The notes beneath the pieces are model-generated. The model worked only from the letters and a program-made list of their open reading frames with translations, was not told the origin of the DNA and did not search any database. A stretch of DNA of 64,000 bases from Lophium mytilinum (Eukaryota): contig MU004181.1 of assembly GCA_010093605.1 (NCBI GenBank), positions 2,790,001 to 2,854,000 of the forward strand. Reading direction: 5' to 3'. Positions 13,101 to 25,352 of this stretch are shown here, one piece after another (positions within the stretch are counted from its first letter, which is position 1; each line of letters opens with the position of its first letter). Position numbers and translations under genes: made by a program.

Positions 13101-15447
13101 CTTTGTTTCGGCCGATGGGATACTCCTCAGCACGCTGTGGTGGACGACAAGCTGACTGGATTTGAGTTGAGTGATGCTCCCAAGGACGCAGACCACTGCC
13201 AACTCTGGCCCGGGAAAGATTACTCGAACCCCCGCGTACAAGACTTTTACGGTCTCGATAAACCATATGAAGAAATGTACGATCGCACCCAGGTTCCGCG
13301 CATGCCGTGGCACGACATTTCGATGCAGATGGTCGGGCAGCCAGCGCGAGATCTCACCAGACACTTTGTGCAACGATGGAATTACATCCTTCGGCAGCGT
13401 AAAACCTCAAGACCGACACCTACTCTCCTACCTCCTCCAGATTTCGTCCCTGCCGAAATCGAGGCACTAGGGCTCGAGGGAACCTGCGAAGTTCAAGTAC
13501 TCCGATCCGCTACCTCTTGGTCCATTGGCACACCGGACAAGATCGAGCACAGCATCATGACAGCATATGTTAAAATGATTAGCAACTCAGAACATTTTGT
13601 CTACATCGAGAATCAGTTTTTCATTAGCAGTTGCGACGTCCTGGGCCAAAAAATGGAAAACACGATTGGGGACGCCCTTGTCAACCGGATAATTCGTGCC
13701 CATGAGAACCAGGAGGACTGGAGGGCATGTCTCGTCATCCCCTTGATGCCTGGCTTTCAGAACACGGTGGACAGCCAGGACGGTAGTAGCGTACGCCTGA
13801 TCATGACTTGTCAATATCGCAGTATCTGCCGGGGCGAGACGTCTATATTTGGCAAGTTGCGAGAAGCAGGCATCGAGCCTGAGGACTACATCCAGTTCTA
13901 TGCCTTGAGATCATGGGGTGCCATCGGTCCTACGAAAACACTTGTCACCGAACAACTCTATATTCATGCCAAATGCATGATTGTGGATGACAGAATTGCG
14001 ATCATTGGCTCGGCCAATATCAACGAGCGTTCCATGCTCGGATCAAGAGATTCCGAAATTGCGACAATAGTAACAGACACAGATATGATACCTTCTCATA
14101 TGGGCGGGGAACCCTACATGGTTGGTAGATTCGCTCATGAGCTCCGTGTACGACTCATGCGCGAACATCTAGGAGTCGACGTGGATGAATTGTCGAGGTC
14201 TGAATTCGAAGGTGAAGATTCTGACTCCTCAGTTCCGCAATCTCCAACAGCCGATCGCGCGACAGAGCAGAGTTTGATTGAGTCTCGCCACCGCGCCCAG
14301 GACGAGTTGATATCGAGAGCCGAGAATTTGCACAGGTTCAGCCAAGAAGTTTCACCGATAAGGTCCTCGAAGCTCGTTAGGGAGCGTAACAGTGCGCCGC
14401 TTCCGCCGCCAATGCCGCCGCGGATGAATACAACTGCGCTCGGCTTGTCACAACTCAGCCAACTTCCTGCCCTCCCTACGGGTGACGACACCGACATCGG
14501 TGGGCCCCCACTTCAGCGCGCTGGCAGCTTCTCTTCGTCGAATACCATCAACCCACTTCTCGCAGAATTGCGTCGACCTGTTGTCTCTGACGATTGTATG
14601 CGAGACCCGCTGAATGACTCTTTCTACCTGGACACCTGGCATACTGTGGCGGAGAACAACACCAAACTATTCCGTCAAGTTTTCCGTTGCATGCCGGATA
14701 ATGAAGTCAAGAATTGGAAGGAATACAAAGAATATGCGGCGTTTGGTGAACGCTTCCAACAAGCTCAAGGTGGTGGGAAGAGCTCGACCCGCAAGCAGCA
14801 AGAAGCTACCGGGAAGACTGGCCCTCCAGGTTCGGGGCTCGCAGAGAAACTATCTCTGGATACCAAAAGCTCGAATGCGCCCATGGGCAAAGTAGAGGAT
14901 TGGGCAGTCGCACAAGAGAAAGACGCTGCTGTCCCGGCGGTCCAACAAGTTAACAGTCCTACCGCAAATTCGGGCGATGAGAAGGCGTCACTGAAGGCCG
15001 AGGACGACAGGCTGTCGGGGAAAATGTCGCCATTCCCGCCACCTGCTCCAATCCCGAACACTACTGGTATCGAAGACTTCGCACCAGATGTAGGCGTAGG
15101 CCGCTCACGGACGGTCACATACAGCGAGCCTAACCAAGCGGACCGCAGCCATCGAAACACTATTAATTCGCAAGGCTCGCAGAAACGCCGCAGGCGGGCA
15201 ACTACAAAGTCATCGATGCGCCCTTTCCACGCTACCGACGACAATGCGCTCTTGGATAGAGAAGAGGCGGAGAATGTATTGAAGTCTGTACAGGGCCATC
15301 TTGTGCTGTGGCCATACGAGTGGTTGTCGACCGAGGAGAGGGGTGGTGGTTGGCTTTATGCTGTTGATCAGCTTGCGCCGCTTGAGATCTAGTAAGTGTC
15401 GCCTCAATATTTTCATATAGAAGACTAACAGGTATGATAGTTCGTGA
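10176..15447 (+). CDS. SPO14: Phospholipase D1 (PX/PH region plus two HKD motifs)
   Basis: 1738-aa ORF with HHEKLLIVD and HAKCMIVD, plus WWLSPE, PRMPWHD and GSANINERS. A GTAAGT donor at 15392 suggests a tiny last exon (…LEIYS*); the unspliced frame stops at 15392. Confidence 0.95.
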
Positions 15448-15556
15448 TTAGCATAGCTTCGGCATGGCGGGTGTATGGGGATACCAGTGTGTACGTTAGA
15501 ATTGACTAGATTATTGCCATTTCGTCCGGAGGCAATCTTGATCTTATCCGTATATT

Positions 15557-15726
15557 CGTTTACCACTGCATGAAGGGCCTCGTAGATTTTTCAGCATTTC
15601 GAACGAGAGGGGATTTCGGCGTTTGAATAACTAGTAAGCTCGTTTACCACCGCATGAGGGCATGGTAGCTTTTCAGCATTCCGAATAAGAGGCATTTTCG
15701 GCGTTGTGAACAACTAGTAAGCTCGT
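15557..15726. repeat. Degenerate tandem duplication, 2 x ~84 bp
   Basis: CGTTTACCACYGCATGA...TTTTCAGCATT...TTTCGGCGTT...AACTAGTAAGCT occurs at 15557-15640 and 15641-15723. Confidence 0.85.
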
Positions 15727-16753
15727 GAGGCTACCTCAGCCAGTGTCAGGACGCTGTGTGCAGATTGGAAGTGTATCCGTTTGCTATGATGAAGCATTGT
15801 ATGTACACCAACTACTCCCGAACTCAACCAAAGACCCATCACTTAGTACAGCTCCGCCACCACGCGACGCGTCGTCGTCGCCGGTTCGTCTTTTGCCAAG
15901 ACACGATTCAGCGTCTAAACAGCACCCATTCCTTCAATGCATTTCTAAGCGGCTAACCGAACACGGAAATGCCGTACGAACCACCCAATCAGAAACCACC
16001 AAAGCCATCCCCTTTTCGAACGTAGGGCCCACATCGGCTCGATTCTGCCAGTCTGATACCCAAGCGAGGTGTATTATAGGCATATCAGAAACAACAGGCG
16101 GGAGCACCCTTGCGCCGGCCAGGGCAAACACCGTGTCGAACCAGGGCTGACACGCTGAATGCCGGCCAGGGTTGACACGCTTGTAATCGACCGTGCCCAG
16201 GATATGGTGCGCTATCCCTAGACGGGACGCGGGTACGAGTGGGCCAATCGCAGCGTCCAAAGTACGTCGCGCTAGGCCATGTTGGGGAATGAACGAAGCG
16301 GACGAGGAGAGGATAAAGTCAGGGAAGAATGGAAGCCAAGGATAGTAGTAGGTGGGTAGTTATTTTTGGACGCATATAAGGGTTTGAGGGGGTGCTGTCT
16401 GCTGGCTTGAGGTGTCTTTCTTCTGCTACCGACTGTCGTTATCTGGAAGTTCCTGAGCTGAGATACTACTTCAGTTCAACGCAAACGCTCACGCTTATAA
16501 GGAGACTATCTTCATCCATACCGGATCTCTTCTGCTTGCTGTTGGCTTCAACCCCTTCGGATACTACCTCCACCGAACGGAATACCGCCATTCAAACAAC
16601 CTCAACACCACCTCTCAACCGGCTTCGCTATCCTTCAGTACACTCCTGAGCACCACATCACGCGCTTAGGACTCTCTCGCCACCTCTTAAACACCCCAAC
16701 ACACACTCTGACCATTCCATCACTCAACCTCGTCGCGTCACAGAGTCTCCGAA

Positions 16754-17077
16754 ATGGCACCCACCGCGCTCCTCCACTCCCTCGCCGGCGCCGTGCACGA
16801 TGCCGCCTCACACCACCTCCACAAGCGCGACAACATGGGCTACGCCATCCCGCCCTCCCTCATCGTCCTGATCTGCATGTTCGGCGCCGGCATCATGGTA
16901 TGCCTAGGCTTCGCGGTCCACAGCCAGTTCTTCGGTACCTCGAGGAATGAATTACCGTCAATGTCTCCCGAGCAGATGGACTACATGCGTGAGGTCCGGG
17001 AGCGAAACATGTCGGCGCTACACGACGCGATGGGGCGCAGGGGGATGAAGCGGCCGGTTGTTAGTAACATGAGCTGA
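16754..17077 (+). CDS. Small single-pass membrane protein (107 aa)
   Basis: ATG in a good context, C-rich third positions, one TM helix (SLIVLICMFGAGIMVCLGFAV), EQMDYMREVRERN tail typical of small fungal membrane proteins, TATA-like box at about 16374. Confidence 0.7.
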   Translation: MAPTALLHSLAGAVHDAASHHLHKRDNMGYAIPPSLIVLICMFGAGIMVCLGFAVHSQFFGTSRNELPSMSPEQMDYMREVRERNMSALHDAMGRRGMKRPVVSNMS

Positions 17078-17404
17078 GTGGGAGGGATAGGGGGGTGGGG
17101 AGGATGATGGTGGAGAGGCTTGAGACACTGAGTGGCGAGGAGGTTGTGTGATTATACGGGCGCGATGGATCGTTGCGTTCGGAGTTTACTATCTTTTGAG
17201 GCTTTCTTTTGTATAGGGTACAATCGGTATGGGTTATGGATACACATGGTCTCTGTTCAAGGTGGATGATAGCATGTAGAAGCAACATCTCCAAGCATTG
17301 ACGCTTTCTCTTGAACGTGCTTGGTATACAATACAAAGATGTGATACATCTGGATGCTTTCAACATGAAAGGAGGCTGATAATATATGGACAAGAATACA
17401 AAAG

Positions 17405-19080
17405 TTAACGAGAGCTTAGTACACACATACCAAAGCCTTCCAGTAGGATACTCTCGGAAAAGAGTACACGTGGCAGGCCTCCGCTCATCTGGACTTTGAC
17501 TTCGCCGTTTGTGTCGGCGGTGTACTTGTCACAGGTGAAAACCTCTACTACTGTTTCTCCACTCTCGAAGCCCATTCCCTCAGTTGTGAGGGAGTAGCTG
17601 CCGCCGGATTCGCCTTGGTTCGTCAAGATAGTGCGTACAATGTCCTTGCGCATCATTATCGTGTCAGCCGTATAGTTGGTGACCCAATTCTTATAAGTCA
17701 GGTAAGACGACGATTGACTTTGAGCGAAGTTCCGCATTTGATTTATGTAGGCGATATGACCGTACAGGGGCGTAGAAGTGTTGTATCTATTTAGATATGT
17801 TAGCTTCCCATGACTGAGTTCCGCGTCTTATCTCACAGAGCTTACCCAGTTGGCCAGATAGCCTCTCGGCATCCCGGGTCATCAGCTCCAGCAAGATGCT
17901 GTTCCTGCCCTTGGTAGATGATTGGAATCCCATCACTCAGGATTGTGAAAGCGATTGCATTCTTGACTAAGCTCATGTCATCCGTAGACCAAGGAAACCT
18001 TGGATTGTCATGGTTCTCGATGAATGTTCCGAGGAGGGTGTTGTCTTTGGAGCCTCCAGTCCCACCATTTTTGCTGAGTTCCAGGTTGTACTTCAGATCA
18101 GACATGTCTGATTGCTGCTGGAATGTGCGATTGATGGAGAAGTACATGGGGTAATCAAGTATACTGTCCATGTAATCTTGATATGCGTAGGCGTAGTCTG
18201 CTCTCCCGTCTGCCACCTCGCCCATGCAAAAGACGCCCGCGGCAGAACAAAAGCCTGGGAAGAAGTCCTTGTTGACATCTTTGACAGAGTCCATGCGGAG
18301 ACCGTCTATGCTGTAGTTGCTGACCAGTGATTTGATCCAGTCTTGCATACCAGCTGCAACTGTTGCGTCTTCAGTCTTGAGGTCGGGCATCTCGGTGTTA
18401 CAGTCCCCTAACCAGCAAACTTCCGCTTCAGTCTGATTATCATAATTGTTGAGCGGGCAGTAAGGATGGTAGTAAGAGGCATCGTTGAAGGGGTGCAGTT
18501 GAGAGAAATCGACTGTGTCGGGACATCCTGGCCAACCCATATGATTGGGAACTACATCGACCATAAGATACATGCCTCTAGATTTGAGGTCAGCCGCAAG
18601 CGATTTGAGATCATCAGCGGTCCCAAAGTGATCATTGAGGTGGTACAGATCCGTTTGATAGTATCCGTGGTATCCGCCAGGTACTTGTAACGTGATAGGA
18701 GAGATCCAAATCTGGATTCAAGATTAGTACAGCGCCCCAACAGCTACGAAAAATCCTCTCGTTGCTCACAGCAGTGAATCCCATTCCCTGGATATAGTCC
18801 AGCCTGCTTTGAACTCCCTTCCATGTCCCCCCGCAGTACTCATTCTTCGTCACATCACAGGCATCAGTTGAGCCCGTGCTTGTAAGAGAAAACCTATTTG
18901 GAATATTAGCAGTCCATAGTATTTTAGTGCTGTAATTTTAATGCTGGAAGCGAATTTAAGAGACGGAGCGAACCTATCGGTAAAGACTTGATATATCGAC
19001 TTTCCTCTCCAGTCGGCTGCCGTAGCGGCTAAACTAACACTCGAGAACGAGGCTAGCGACAAAAACCAGCAGAACCTCAT
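17405..19080 (-). CDS. Secreted alpha-amylase (GH13, Taka-amylase-like), 4 exons
   Basis: Signal peptide, then WRGKSIYQVFTDRF, YCGGTWKG, LDYIQGMGFTA|IWISP, YHGYY, DVVPNH, DGLRMD, GEV, FIENHDNPR, and C-terminal GGLPRV. Exons splice in frame. Confidence 0.93.
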
Positions 19081-19796
19081 ATTCCGTGAGGTCTAGATGA
19101 AGCTTAACTGACCAGCAGATGAGATTAGGTTTGATAATTGCAGAAGATGTCGTCAAAAGAGGGTAAGAAGAGAATAAACAAAAGTAAGCATCGATAATAA
19201 CAAGGCGAAGTCAGCCCATAGCCATCTAGTTGTATTGGTGGAGTGTAATTGCTTGGCCGCGCAACGGATAGTCCTAGCTACAATATCAAACAAGCTAAGG
19301 AGTAGATACAGCAGGGGGGCCTGGAAAACAGGAACATCTGGCGATCATCCAAATTAGAAGACGCCATGAAACATATTGGTGTAGTCGACTCTAACAGACC
19401 CTAAATGTGTCGACTAATCTTTAGGCATGTACAATACACGAGCGATTGATACCTATCGAGAATCCTCGAGTATAGCGTGCTCAATTGGTGATAGCGCTGG
19501 CATGAGTCGCGCGTGAGCTCCCACGGTATGCGCTAACGCATGCGCGGATTAGAGGCTACAGGTGGTGAATCCTTCCTTCGCGAATGGAAAGAAACATGCG
19601 ACAGCGGGACGAGGGCTAGGTAGTTCCTTGCGGGGGACGTTGGAGCAGGAACCGTGCGAGAACCCTGAATTTCGGCGTTCACATCGGGCCGTTTGCGCGA
19701 CTACTGACGTCCCCTCACCGGTCTTCTTCTTTCACACCCTCTCGAGTCTGCCGATTCTCACATAACATCGCTTTCTATTGGTCTCTCAACCTCATC

Positions 19797-20405
19797 ATGC
19801 CAGACAAAACGTTTCGAAGTACCAGCACATATTCGGACAATCACCAAATTCCCGAATCTGGGCCCACCATAGACCTCGACAGAGCTGCACAGATCTCATT
19901 CGCGCAGCCCATGGCTGTAAGACCTCCAATCTGGATACTGCTACTGCTACCGCTGCTCCCAATCATCCCGGTGCTCCTAATCATACAGCTAGCAACAGCT
20001 GGCTCGGATGAGGGGGGGATTAGTAAATGTACGTTCATCGGTCTCTTTGCAACATATCACTTACACTTGCACATTTGCTTTGGATAGGCCTCTACACAAT
20101 GCCCCTCTCAAGAAATCTTCATTTGATAGACTGTCCATCCTACCACGTGACCTACACGTGTCTCTTTCATCATCTGGAGCTTTCGCGCAAAACAAGCTGA
20201 CCAAGTAGTAGTCCTTGTTGGCTTTGAGCTGGGCTTGTTAGCGGTTGGGGTGATAGCCTGCTTGGCAATTCGACGGATGCGACGGACGGACGGGGCGATG
20301 TTAGAGCTCAACACGATGGAACAAGAAAACAGCCGATCTTTAAGATCTTTGCGACGCGGGAACGAAGCTGTGCGTATGCAGCTAGCTAGGAGGACAGATT
20401 CGTGA
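19797..20405 (+). CDS. Putative orphan two-TM protein (~142 aa), 2 exons
   Basis: Exon 19797-20028, intron GTACGT(20029)...GCTGAC...TAG(20208), exon 20209-20405. Splicing adds a second hydrophobic helix (LVLVGFELGLLAVGVIACLAI-RR) and a charged tail. Confidence 0.5.
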
Positions 20406-20605
20406 CAGGCATTGGGAGAGAAGTATCGCTTATCAAGCTGGTCTAAAGCGTAGCAAAATCTTGTTCTGGTAATATCCAATTGCTCATCGGAGTACTATAT
20501 GGACAAAACTCCCGAACTTTCGTTGGAACCCTGCCTGAGCCCCCACAGCTTCCTACGCCTCCTGCCACTTCCGATCAAACCTTTTGCTCCATCGCCTCGA
20601 TGTCG

Positions 20606-22578
20606 CTACGCGCCGATAACCTTGTCCGAATTCCTCTCATGAATAGGAACATTCACATTTCTCGTGAGAAGGTGATTGACATTTAGTGCCCAGATCGTGA
20701 TGATCATCAAGACGACGCTCAACGATATCGTAGTCAAGAAGACAGTGCCATACGCCGCGGCGCTAGCCTCTTGGTACGCCCGAACGCCAACTTGTGCGAT
20801 AGCCGGCGTGACGCCAGCAATCGATGTGAAACTCGCACCGGGGTCTACGCTAACGGCTAGGATGAAAGCAGGAATAGATGAGGCTGGTACTCCGGCCTTA
20901 AGGAGCGCTGGGGGTACTCTTTCAGGTACGTTTCGAGTCATCCGGATAGAAAGAACGGTGGTGAAAATACTGAAAGCCTGTTAGATTGTAATGGAGTACT
21001 GGGTAGCTCTTCGAAACCACTCACGTGCTACCAATGACAGAGAAGAGCTGGCGAGTCGCCCCGCTAGTTCCTACTGCGGTACCAATCTCACGTTGGTCGT
21101 CGATACTGATGGATGACACCGTCGAATTAATCATTTCGCACCACCCGATGAAGTACGATGCCAGGAAGATTATGATGGTAGATCGTACTACGGAGTCGGG
21201 ATTGCTGGTTGCCATGCCCTCATTCAGATATCAGCACTGTTCTAGGATGGCACAGAGACCAGTCGGGGCTGTCTGGTGTACCATCCAATCGACAAATGAA
21301 GTCGAGTCCGAAAGCAACTTACATGCTAATATAACACCAACGATTGGAAATAGGATCCGCAATTCAACATTGGTGTATTTTTTAAGCAAAGGGGTAGTAA
21401 ACTATCCGAGGACGATTGCTGCCCCTGGAACGCTGGCGAGGAACCCATTGCGGACCCAGCCATGACCTGGTGCATACAAGACCGAGACCATTGCAGGCCA
21501 CAAGATGGCGTTAGCGTAGTATAATGCAGAGCCTGTCCCCCAAAGAAGCGTTGTGGCGACCCATCTGCGATTCCCGTACAAACTCAGAGGGACCAAAGGC
21601 TCTCTGAGATTTGCGTAAGCCTCATACACAAAGAAAGTAACCAGGAGGAAGAACCCTATGACGATAGTCGAGATAACATGCGCATATTTCCATGGATGCA
21701 GAACTCCTCCCCATGAGAGGCCCATGAGCAATAGCAGAAGTCCGGATACTGCAAGCACCACACCAAAATTAATCGAAGTTCTTGATGAATTCCCGTTTTC
21801 GAGCAGCATCGTGTTTCATTGCGAATGACGGCGGGTGGTAGAAGACGTAGAAGAGTAGAGTCGACAGCGCGTTCAGTGCTATAAGCATGTAGAAGATCCC
21901 TCTCCAACCGGCTTTGGTGTTGAATATAAAGGCATAGCTCACAGCAGGGCCTACGGCGGAGACGGGAATGATAAAGATGAAGACAACTGCAATCGCCGCG
22001 AAGCGATACCTGATGGGTACGAGCTCGGTGACAACGACTTTGATACTACCAGTAATAGGTCCGAGAGCGGTTCAAGGTGCGGATTGGACTTACAAGCGTA
22101 GGATAACTGGCAGCTTGCGCCCAGCCTTGATTGCTGGACAGACCTTGATAAGGCTGGGACAATCTGCGCGGTTGCGCATACGACGGCTCCGACTGTTGCG
22201 ATACCGCTCGATGAGATGAACCACCATCGCCGACCGAATATATCCGTAACGCGACCGACGATGAGGAGACCGATGGAGGTTGTTGAGAAGGTAGCATAGC
22301 GCAACCCATGTCAGATTACTGTCGGGGCCAATGTCCTGGTTGATTTGAGGAAGCACAGGAGCAATGAGAGCGAAGCCTCCCTGGCCACAAGCCATTGCTA
22401 CGCTTATGGCCAAAATTGCACCCACAAACCCAAAGCTTGTGAAGTAACCAGGCGGCATTTCCTCCGCTGCGACTGTGAAGTCGCGGCACTTCACATCATC
22501 GGGGTCGAAGGTGTACCCCTTGGGATTACTGTCCTCAATATGGAAAACATCTTCGTTTGGGGCTTTCTCTGTCGACAT
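20606..22578 (-). pseudogene. TRI12/trichothecene-efflux-type MFS transporter pseudogene
   Basis: Motifs GRVTDIFGRRW, ELVPIRYR, GWRGIFY, FYHPP, GLSWGG, DQREIGTA. Disrupted by +1 frameshifts at about 22284 and about 21770 and an in-frame TAG at 21402-21404; none of these sits in an intron. Confidence 0.8.
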
Positions 22579-23410
22579 GATTTAAGGGTCAGGATGAAGG
22601 CGAACGCAAATGATGTTTTGAACAAATCTTGATGAGTTGAAAGATGCTTTCGTTCCATATATAGGACAACGAGCGCAATGTACCCGAAGCTCCAAGAACA
22701 TGGATCTGTTTTCCCGCGTTCGAGGCTGTTCGCAGAGAATAGGCAGACTATCATAGTCACTACCTGTGAGTAGTCTCCAGTAATAAGCGAGGACATATGC
22801 AGTCAAGGTGCTAGTGTTGCTTTGAAGGGGTCCCATGAACCTAATTTCCCACATTTGAGATCGTTCGCGGGGTAGAATCTTGGGTAAGAGCATGAGACTC
22901 CGAGATATGATATCTCATACCGCTGGTTGGGTCACTAGAGCCGGTAAATCATCGTCAGCTGACTCTTGGGCCGTCACCGGGTCGACGCTCCGCGAGTTTA
23001 GGAACAAGCCAGAACCTAGTTCAAGTAAGTTCACCCTGGCTCTTTCACGCATTCCTCTTATCGAGGCTCCGCAAACCTACTCAGAGTAATAAGCAAGTGG
23101 TCCATTTAGGCAAGTTGTCAAAATTTACTCACTAGTCTTGGCTTCTCAACGCGTGGAAATCTGAGGCTACTCGTAGCACTCGGTAAAAGTTTCAACCACA
23201 ATCACTCTAAACAAGGTGCAGAATTAAGGGCAATATAAGAGAACAAGTAATTCAGTAATCAGAACAGATACAAGTTGAAAGAAGCCTATTGACTTCATCA
23301 AGCTCGGCGACTAATGCTCAAGTCTCTTAATGCCTATCCTGTTGAATGGGAGAGCTATCTATCGAGCACTTTTTCTTTCAAGCGACCGGACTGGTTAGCC
23401 ACCATCGTGT

Positions 23411-24379
23411 CTAAGGCGCTCGCGTTGGTCGTGGTATTCGAGATGGTCGTGGTATTCGAGACGGACGGGGAGCCTTGAAGCGGGATGGGCGAGGTAAGCG
23501 AGAAGGTTTACGAGAGGGATAAATGGGAGGGAACTGACCAAGTTGCTCGGATCGCGTCTCCTTGATAACGCTAGGCGGCGTCCCCACTTTAATAAAGCAT
23601 GAAATGCTGCTTCGGAAACTTCGGGGCGATGGTGTCTCATATCTGGTCGCAGAATGGTCGCGCGTCCTGGGCGGTGTGGATAGAGTTGACGCGCGATGCC
23701 TAGTAGGCATAGATAGGCTCGACACGCTATGCTCGTTGAGTCGATGCTGCATTTCAGCTGATTGTTTCTCTTCAGCGATACGCTCTGCAAGCTTCAGACC
23801 CTTCATTCCCTTCCAGATTTTATCTCCAGGGGAAGGTTGTTTGTCCGCGAGGCGTTGCCTTTCAGATTTACGTTTCTCCTTAAGCTGAAGTTCTTCTTCA
23901 ACGTTCCGCCGTCTTCTGATCTCCCGCTCAACCAGTTCCAGCTTCCTTGGACTCGTCCCGTGTATCTGAACTGGAGTCCATAATCTGATGCTCGTCGGAG
24001 ATTGGCTCGCAATCATTTTCTCCAAGAGCCTTCCTCTTTCGCGCTTGCCCATGTTCCGTCCTATGCTCATCACCGAGTCCTTCCTTAATCCAGCCATTGA
24101 TATCGAGTAGCTTGAGTCGTCAGAAGAGCGACGTAGACTTCTGCTAGGACCGCGGTCAGAGAGGCTCGTGACTGAGGATCTTGGTGAAATGGCAAGAGGT
24201 GGAGTGAATGGAAGAGGGGGCATGTGGGAGATTGGTCCTGGGCAGCTTTCTCTGGGCGTACGAAGAGGGATCTTTGGCAACGCGGATGGGAGTAGAGTGG
24301 GTGCTGGGTCTGATTGCCTAGAACCTCCTTGAGATTCATTCCGAAAGGTAGGGTTCCCATTGGGCTCCTTGGATGCCAT
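23411..24379 (-). CDS. Hypothetical Ser/Pro/Arg-rich protein (322 aa) with a central coiled coil and C-terminal PRPSRI repeats
   Basis: Single long ATG-initiated ORF; low complexity; 18-bp DNA repeats near 23427-23462. Confidence 0.55.
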   Translation of the reverse strand: MASKEPNGNPTFRNESQGGSRQSDPAPTLLPSALPKIPLRTPRESCPGPISHMPPLPFTPPLAISPRSSVTSLSDRGPSRSLRRSSDDSSYSISMAGLRKDSVMSIGRNMGKRERGRLLEKMIASQSPTSIRLWTPVQIHGTSPRKLELVEREIRRRRNVEEELQLKEKRKSERQRLADKQPSPGDKIWKGMKGLKLAERIAEEKQSAEMQHRLNEHSVSSLSMPTRHRASTLSTPPRTRDHSATRYETPSPRSFRSSISCFIKVGTPPSVIKETRSEQLGQFPPIYPSRKPSRLPRPSRFKAPRPSRIPRPSRIPRPTRAP

Positions 24380-25352
24380 GATGGATTTTATCGATCGAAC
24401 GCAAGATAGCCTCTGGGTGAGAGACTACGATGGATTTTCTGCTTCCCTAGCCTGTTGTGCCGATGAGATGTGGTGCGATGTCAGAAAGTATGAGGAAACA
24501 ATTGACTGGCAGCGGTGAAAATGTTCCCCATGACGGTGCTTAAGTGTACGGTGATAACAATGTCCTCCTAAGACATCAAAGTTGAGAGTAAGCGAAGTTC
24601 TTAGGACATTGTGAATGATCTTGTCTGCTTTGTTCGTTTTGTCGTAAAGTGGCACGATGTGTTGTCCAATGAACAGGGTGATGAATGAATGACTTGCTCG
24701 CGCGCAGTACCTAGAGACGACGAAAAGACGAAAACCTAGCGAATGACGTGTGGGAGGTTATAAGTAAGTTGACGGTTGGAGGTTCAAATAAGTTCCAGAT
24801 GAGTTGGCGTCCCAAAGTTGCCCGGCGAATCAGAACGCAGAAAGCTCTCAACGAACGAGCGTTTAATAGATATTCAGTCAGCGTGACAGGCGACGGAATG
24901 CTGCAAAAGAGTACTTACGCGCCTCAATCTCTAAATTTCTCCAAGTTTGGATTACATCGCTGCTACGCATTTGTAGTAGGACTAGTATGAATTTAGGCCG
25001 CAAGACAAACGTAAAGCTACTTACTACACTATCTAACATCCCTTTTTTTCTCCACTGCCTTCGAATACTTACATTTCAGAGGATGTGCGCCGCTGTGCCT
25101 GGCAGTCAGGACGATTAGTCTTCCGACTCTCTGCCACACTCCGAGAACTCATCCTGACGCAGCACCATAAAGCAGCACTACATTTTGTGCATGAGATATC
25201 ATGACTACAGCGGGCTGAGCATAACATTTCCATCCCTTTCATACTCATCGAATCCAGATCATAGGACTCAGTCCGCCTGAACCCATCTATACGCCCAAAA
25301 CTCCGCTTCCAAAACTCCACAGCAATATTGACCCACGAAAACAGACCCCTCC

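Noticed and set aside
12441..13373. 310-aa antisense ORF inside PLD (also those inside EFR3, BOR1 and NOP6)
   Set aside because: Expected antisense shadows of long GC-rich coding regions.
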